Assembly (NCBI GenBank): GCA_041666225.1
Contig: JBAYHJ010000005.1
Span: 2,320-66,319, forward strand
Origin: Minisyncoccota bacterium
GTDB taxonomy: Bacteria; Patescibacteriota; Minisyncoccia; Phycocordibacterales; UBA9973
Reading direction: 5' to 3'
Length of the DNA: 64,000 nt
Part shown: in pieces, positions 59,041 through 64,000 of the stretch
Position numbering within the stretch: position 1 is the stretch's first letter
Layout: each line of letters starts with the position of its first letter
The notes under the pieces: generated by a model
Told to the model about the DNA's origin: nothing
What the model saw: the letters and a program-made list of their open reading frames with translations, nothing else
The model's database searches: none
Translations under genes and position numbers: made by a program

Positions 59041-59724
59041 ATGAACCCACTTAAAACAAATGGCTTAATAATTCAAAATTTTCCACAAAAGGAGTATGAG
59101 GCCATTCATTCAATTTTAAGTAGTAAGTATGCAGAAAGAAAAGAATATGAGCATTTTGCAGGAGCTTGGAATGCTGTGGCGTACAGATATAAAGCTGCTG
59201 TTGATCACGGACAAGATTTCATTGAATTATTCAAATTACATGGAACAGCACCACAACCAGAAAAAAGATATCTACAAGAAAAAGCTCTTTTTGATCACTT
59301 CAGCTCTTGCTTTTCTGTTTTTGAATCAATATGCTATGGATTTTTTGCTATAGGGTCTATTATTAAACCAGAATATTTTTCTATTATTGATCCAGTAGAT
59401 CAACGAAAAATATCCCCAGAGACAACTAAGAGAATCTTTCAAGGTGCATTTCCAGATGAGCAAATTACTAAAACGTTAATAGAGTTAACTTCTGATCCAG
59501 AATTTGAAAATATTAGGAATACTAGAAATATTCTTACTCACAGAACAGCACCAGGAAGAAAGATTTATCTTAATATAGGAAAGGATGAATCACCGCCAAC
59601 TGAATGGAAATTGAATAATAAACCCTTAGATGAATTTATAGTTAAATCAAACGAAGAAAATATGAAAAGACTTTTAAATAATTTATTAAATACAGGTGAA
59701 GAATTTTGTAAATCATATCTATAA
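59041..59724 (+). CDS. Putative HEPN-domain protein
   Basis: Helical protein with RNILTH (RxxxxH) motif. Confidence 0.6.
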   Translation: MNPLKTNGLIIQNFPQKEYEAIHSILSSKYAERKEYEHFAGAWNAVAYRYKAAVDHGQDFIELFKLHGTAPQPEKRYLQEKALFDHFSSCFSVFESICYGFFAIGSIIKPEYFSIIDPVDQRKISPETTKRIFQGAFPDEQITKTLIELTSDPEFENIRNTRNILTHRTAPGRKIYLNIGKDESPPTEWKLNNKPLDEFIVKSNEENMKRLLNNLLNTGEEFCKSYL

Positions 59725-59728
59725 TTAT

Positions 59729-60691
59729 ATGGCACATAAAAATATTATAAAAATACCAAATAAGATAAAAGAGCAATTAGAAACATTTAGTCAGGATGAT
59801 GTTGTTGTAGCTTGTGTAAAATATATTCCTAATGAAGAAATTAATAAATATAAACACTTAAACATACAATACATTAATGGAGAACTTATTGTTCCTCCTT
59901 CAGATACCCCAGATCCTAATGCTGGAAAATTCTCTCGTGCTAATTTAGAGGGATTTGAAAAGAAAAGAACAGATTTACCAAAAATTTCAAAAGATTTTAG
60001 TTTTGATGCTCCCAATTGGGGTGGGTATGGGACTCATGAGGTTTCTCACACACGAGAAGTATTTCAAAAAGATTTTTATCCACCAAAAGAAGTTGAACTA
60101 AAAATTGAACAAGTAGAAAAAAGAGAGAATGGTTTTAAAATTAAATTTTCCATAGAACAAGTAATCAATCGTCGTACTCCAAATTTTGAGAAAGAACTGC
60201 TTTATAACCTAAATTTATTACAAGAAAATGTTGGGATGATAGATGTATTTCCAAGTATTGCTACCCTAGCAGATTATGCAAAGACCGTTTATATAGATTG
60301 GGAAATATTACCACCTGGAACTGTTGATGAAATCATAGAAGCTTTATTAAAAAATCAAAGAACAGGAAGTATTACACCTGATCAGATAAAAATAACGAGA
60401 GAAAGAATAGCTGTTATGGCAAAATTGAAACCTACTGTATATATAAAAGGTATGACTGGTTTTTTAAGGTATTTTGGTGCAAAGTTTGGAGAGGATTTTG
60501 TTGTTTTTGAAAATATAAAATATGGAAATGCTTTATATATAATGTATGATTCTTGGGAGAAGTTAAGTAAGAAGAGTAGAACAGAGTTATTAAGTGGACC
60601 AAGAGAAGGATTTGATCGTATAGAACATAAAAATGGATGGGAAAATAATTTAGCAAAATTTGTTAGAGAATATAGGTATAAAAATAAATAG
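59729..60691 (+). CDS. Hypothetical protein
   Basis: 320-aa ORF tightly coupled to neighbours (start MAHKN). Confidence 0.8.
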   Translation: MAHKNIIKIPNKIKEQLETFSQDDVVVACVKYIPNEEINKYKHLNIQYINGELIVPPSDTPDPNAGKFSRANLEGFEKKRTDLPKISKDFSFDAPNWGGYGTHEVSHTREVFQKDFYPPKEVELKIEQVEKRENGFKIKFSIEQVINRRTPNFEKELLYNLNLLQENVGMIDVFPSIATLADYAKTVYIDWEILPPGTVDEIIEALLKNQRTGSITPDQIKITRERIAVMAKLKPTVYIKGMTGFLRYFGAKFGEDFVVFENIKYGNALYIMYDSWEKLSKKSRTELLSGPREGFDRIEHKNGWENNLAKFVREYRYKNK

Positions 60692-60698
60692 TAATTAG

Positions 60699-61448
60699 AT
60701 GTCTGAATTTTATAATCCAAATAGAACAAGAAATATATATGACCCTAAAAGCAAGGAGCCTTTTAAACTATCTCGTTCAAAGATAGAGAACTTTATGCAT
60801 TGTAAAAAATGCTTTTACTTGGACCGTAGATTAGGAATTGGACAACCACCAGGATATCCTTTTAATTTAAACACCGCTGTGGATACCTTGCTTAAGAAAG
60901 AATTTGATATACATAGAGCCAAACACAAGACACATCCTCTAATGAAGGCGTATGGACTCAATGAGGTGCCTTTTAGTCATGAAATGATAGATGAATGGAG
61001 GGAGAATTTTAAAGGAGTGCAGTATCTTCACAAGCCTACTAATTTTATCGTTACTGGAGCAGTGGATGATTTATGGCAAGATGAAAATGGAGAAATTATT
61101 GTAGCAGACTATAAAGCTACAAGCAAAACTTCGCAGGTTACACTTGATGCTGATTGGCAGGATGGATACAAAAGACAAATGGAAATATATCAATGGCTAC
61201 TTCGTCACAATGGATTAAAAGTTTCAAATACTGGTTACTTTGTATATTGTAATGGAAAGACTGATAGAGAAGCATTTGATGGAAAGCTAGAATTTGATAT
61301 TGATCTATTGCCATACACAGGAGATGATTCATGGGTGGAAGGAACACTTAATGAGATTAAAGAATGCCTTGATGGACCTATGCCAGAGCCAGATTCTGAA
61401 TGTGATTTGTGTAATTATAGGAAAGCAGTTAGTGAAGTTGAAAAATAA
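60699..61448 (+). CDS. PD-(D/E)xK nuclease, Cas4/AddB-like
   Basis: LSRS, CKKC, GAVDD, ADYK, QMEIY, terminal CDLC. Confidence 0.85.
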   Translation: MSEFYNPNRTRNIYDPKSKEPFKLSRSKIENFMHCKKCFYLDRRLGIGQPPGYPFNLNTAVDTLLKKEFDIHRAKHKTHPLMKAYGLNEVPFSHEMIDEWRENFKGVQYLHKPTNFIVTGAVDDLWQDENGEIIVADYKATSKTSQVTLDADWQDGYKRQMEIYQWLLRHNGLKVSNTGYFVYCNGKTDREAFDGKLEFDIDLLPYTGDDSWVEGTLNEIKECLDGPMPEPDSECDLCNYRKAVSEVEK

Positions 61449-61452
61449 AATT

Positions 61453-61683
61453 ATGCATATCCCAGATGAAAAATTCGTTAGATTTAAAGAAATCTTTAAA
61501 GAAGAATTTGGAGAGGATGAATTTAATAAAATGACTAATAAACAATTATTTGAAAGTGCAACAAAACTTATAACTTTAATGGAGGCTGTTTACAAACATC
61601 AAAATTCTCATAATAATAAGGAAAGGATAGATAAAGCTTTTGATGTTTTATTTGATGAAACATTAAAAAATTATCGTAAATAA
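61453..61683 (+). CDS. Small hypothetical protein (MHIPDEKF...)
   Basis: ATG 4 nt after the previous stop; 76 aa. Confidence 0.65.
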   Translation: MHIPDEKFVRFKEIFKEEFGEDEFNKMTNKQLFESATKLITLMEAVYKHQNSHNNKERIDKAFDVLFDETLKNYRK

Positions 61684-61735
61684 TATCACTAAATTAATGA
61701 TTTATTAAAATGTATTTAAGTGATACAATACCAAT

Positions 61736-62839
61736 ATGTCAATTCGAGACAGTATAGGGTCATATAAAATTCAAAATCTTGGTGGCACAAGAGCCAGTAA
61801 AGGTTTCTCATATCAAAATCATTGGGCGATTAAGAAAATTATAGAATTACATACCTCCGAAAAAGATTATGTTGTTTTATTTGAAGTATATGATGATGTA
61901 AGTGTTCTTGATAGTGAATCAAATCCTAGTAAAATTGATATTTATCAAGTTAAAAGTACCCAAAACCAAACCCCTGTAACTCTTTCAAAATTATGTCAAA
62001 AAACTAAACAAGAAAAATCAATTTTAGCAAAATTATTTTTAACTAAGGTGCAATTGCCAAAAGAATTAAATAACATTGTTGAAAAAATGTTTATTGTATC
62101 AAACTCATCTTATCAATGCAAAACTAAATTTCATTCATCTACTAGCTCTGAAATATCAGTAGGAGATCATTATAGATCTGAGTTAAAAAGTAAAAAAATT
62201 GATGAACTATCAAAGCAATCTGGAATACAAAATTTAGAAATACAGAAATTATTAAATATTACATTTTTAATAAAATCTCCTATATCTTTTGATGAACCAT
62301 ATAGACAAATAAGAGATATGCTCCAAGACTTTTTTAAGACAAAATTTAAAGAATTTTTTGATGTTACACCTTTTTATAATCAGTTATTGGTTGAAATTGA
62401 GAATAGATGTGAATCAGAGAAAATTGATGGATACGATGAAACAATAAAAAGTAAAGCTATTACAAAAAAATGGTTAGATGGTATACTAAAAGAAATAACT
62501 CCTGATCTTAAACAACAATTAAGAATGATAGAACAGGAATTAAGTAAAGAGGGTTGGGGTCCAGAAAAGATCATTAAACTAGGAGAAGGGTGGCGGCAAA
62601 TGGAAATAGATAATTTTAGCGATAAGGAATATTTTAATGGTAAACTAATAACAGTGTTAGATACTTTGATTGTAAAATTTAATTTAAATTATAAAAAATA
62701 TAGTGATATCACCGATATTATTTTAAAAGAACTAAAAGATAATTATTATGATATTATTGAAAATAGAGAAGATTATTATATAAAAGCATTAATATTATGG
62801 AGAACCTTAGATCATCGCATAAAAACCTTAGAAAATTAG
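61736..62839 (+). CDS. lmuA: Cap4/DUF4297 nuclease, Lamassu LmuA-like effector
   Basis: GFSYQNHWA, EVYDDV, YQVKS; directly upstream of an SMC-like ATPase. Confidence 0.8.
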   Translation: MSIRDSIGSYKIQNLGGTRASKGFSYQNHWAIKKIIELHTSEKDYVVLFEVYDDVSVLDSESNPSKIDIYQVKSTQNQTPVTLSKLCQKTKQEKSILAKLFLTKVQLPKELNNIVEKMFIVSNSSYQCKTKFHSSTSSEISVGDHYRSELKSKKIDELSKQSGIQNLEIQKLLNITFLIKSPISFDEPYRQIRDMLQDFFKTKFKEFFDVTPFYNQLLVEIENRCESEKIDGYDETIKSKAITKKWLDGILKEITPDLKQQLRMIEQELSKEGWGPEKIIKLGEGWRQMEIDNFSDKEYFNGKLITVLDTLIVKFNLNYKKYSDITDIILKELKDNYYDIIENREDYYIKALILWRTLDHRIKTLEN

Positions 62840-62863
62840 TAAAAAGTTTAAGTAAAAAAGAAC

Positions 62864-64000
62864 ATGAAAAAATTCGTATTGGAAGAAATAAAACTAATAT
62901 CACAGAAAGAACAAAGAGCAAATAATTTTATCTTTGATAAAGGATTTAATGTTATAACTGGGCAGAATGGTGTTGGGAAGTCTCATTTGATAAAAAGTAT
63001 TCCGTGGGCTTTTGGGGCTGAACCATCAACTTTACATCCCAATTGGATAAAAGCTGATATAAGTGTTATTGTTAAATTTTCAATTAATAAAGTGCGTTAT
63101 AAAATATTAAGGACAAATAAAACTTTCTTAGTTTTTGATGATGAAAATAATTTAATTAATCAATCTGTTAGTAGTATAACTAAAGAATTATCTCCTTTTT
63201 TATCAGAATTATTTGATTTTGATTTGAAGCTTCCATTAAAGGAAGGAGAGAAAAAATTAACACAGCTTACACCAGCCTACTATTTTTCACCTTTTTATGT
63301 TGATCAAGATAGTGGCTGGACAAATTTATGGCAAAGTTTTAAGAATCTTCAAATGTTTTCGAACTGGAGAAGACCGTTGCTTGATACTTTTACAAATATT
63401 TTATCTTTAGAACTACAAAAAACAAAAAACAGTATTAGTGAGGAGAAAATGAGATTAAAAGAGTTCGAGAATAGGCAAGATTTATTTAATAAGACCTTTG
63501 AAAACACCGAAGAGGAAATTGTTAATTTAAATTTTAATATTAATTTTGATAATTATAAAAAAGAAATTGATGAATTAATAATAAAACTAGATGGTTTGCA
63601 AAAAAAAGAATTTGAATATAAAGAATCAATAAGAAATTTGTCAAACAAAAAGGTTATTCTCGAAAATCAAGTTAATATAGTTGAATCGTCTATAAACTCT
63701 TTAAACAAAGAACACAATTTAATTAATAAAATAAAAGATCATATATTAGAATGTCCCACCTGTGGTGCTGAGTATGAAAATTCTTTTATTGATAAGTTCA
63801 ACATAGCTCAAGATTTATATACTGCACAAGAATTATTGGTTGATTTAAGAGAGGACCTTAATAAAATTAATAATAATATATTGGAAATTAAAAATATAGA
63901 TATTGATAATTCAAAAGAAATAAATAAATTAAATGATATTTTAAATAAAAAAAATCATAAAGTAACTATAAATGAAATAATTAAGAAGGAAGGAGAAAAA
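62864..64000 (+). CDS. lmuB: SMC/Rad50-like ATPase, Lamassu LmuB-like (3' truncated, not in ORF track)
   Basis: MKKFVLEEI..., GQNGVGKS Walker A, YVDQD, coiled coil, CPTCG zinc hook. Confidence 0.82.
   Translation, partial: MKKFVLEEIKLISQKEQRANNFIFDKGFNVITGQNGVGKSHLIKSIPWAFGAEPSTLHPNWIKADISVIVKFSINKVRYKILRTNKTFLVFDDENNLINQSVSSITKELSPFLSELFDFDLKLPLKEGEKKLTQLTPAYYFSPFYVDQDSGWTNLWQSFKNLQMFSNWRRPLLDTFTNILSLELQKTKNSISEEKMRLKEFENRQDLFNKTFENTEEEIVNLNFNINFDNYKKEIDELIIKLDGLQKKEFEYKESIRNLSNKKVILENQVNIVESSINSLNKEHNLINKIKDHILECPTCGAEYENSFIDKFNIAQDLYTAQELLVDLREDLNKINNNILEIKNIDIDNSKEINKLNDILNKKNHKVTINEIIKKEGEK

Larger units (their letters stand above)
46932..64000 (+). mobile_element. tRNA-integrated element/defence island (right end outside window)
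   Basis: tRNA junction, integrase, primase-helicase, R-M and Lamassu-like cargo; no capsid or conjugation genes seen. Confidence 0.85.

Noticed and set aside
8-62574. Numerous 60-150 aa ORFs overlapping long genes on the opposite strand or another frame (e.g. 8268-8729, 10511-10813, 19191-19511, 60382-60729)
   Set aside because: Shadow ORFs of well-supported genes, with no motifs or start signals
1-64000. Alternative genetic code (TGA = Gly)
   Set aside because: Conserved genes are full length in code 11, and TGA ends gatB, pfkB and the integrase at expected positions

Overview
AT-rich bacterial chromosome segment. Gene content and style suggest Patescibacteria/CPR, Parcubacteria-like (inference): short GAD-less AspRS, split transketolase, rpiB-rpe-tkt-pfkB-fba block, scpAB-mraY-ftsW-murG, standard code. 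Bases 1-46.8 kb are mostly housekeeping. They include a complete arginine-to-putrescine/homospermidine cluster and a lone trpB under an unannotated Trp-Trp leader-peptide attenuator. At least 19 genes appear leaderless, and several palindromic repeats occur, some in-frame inside dapF and gatB. At 37.4-46.3 kb are three modular orphan-gene units (promoter, boxA-like motif, long hairpin, ORF). Two of them are interrupted at the same motif by divergent IS30 elements, and one also by a TIR-flanked Y1 tyrosine transposase. From about 46.9 kb to the end, an element sits at a 3'-damaged tRNA-Ile(GAT). It encodes a tyrosine integrase, an NrS-1-like primase/SF3 helicase with a candidate origin, a type I R-M operon extended by HEPN-like, unknown and Cas4-like genes, and a Lamassu-like Cap4 nuclease/SMC pair. 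All calls come from reading motifs by eye; no database searches were run.
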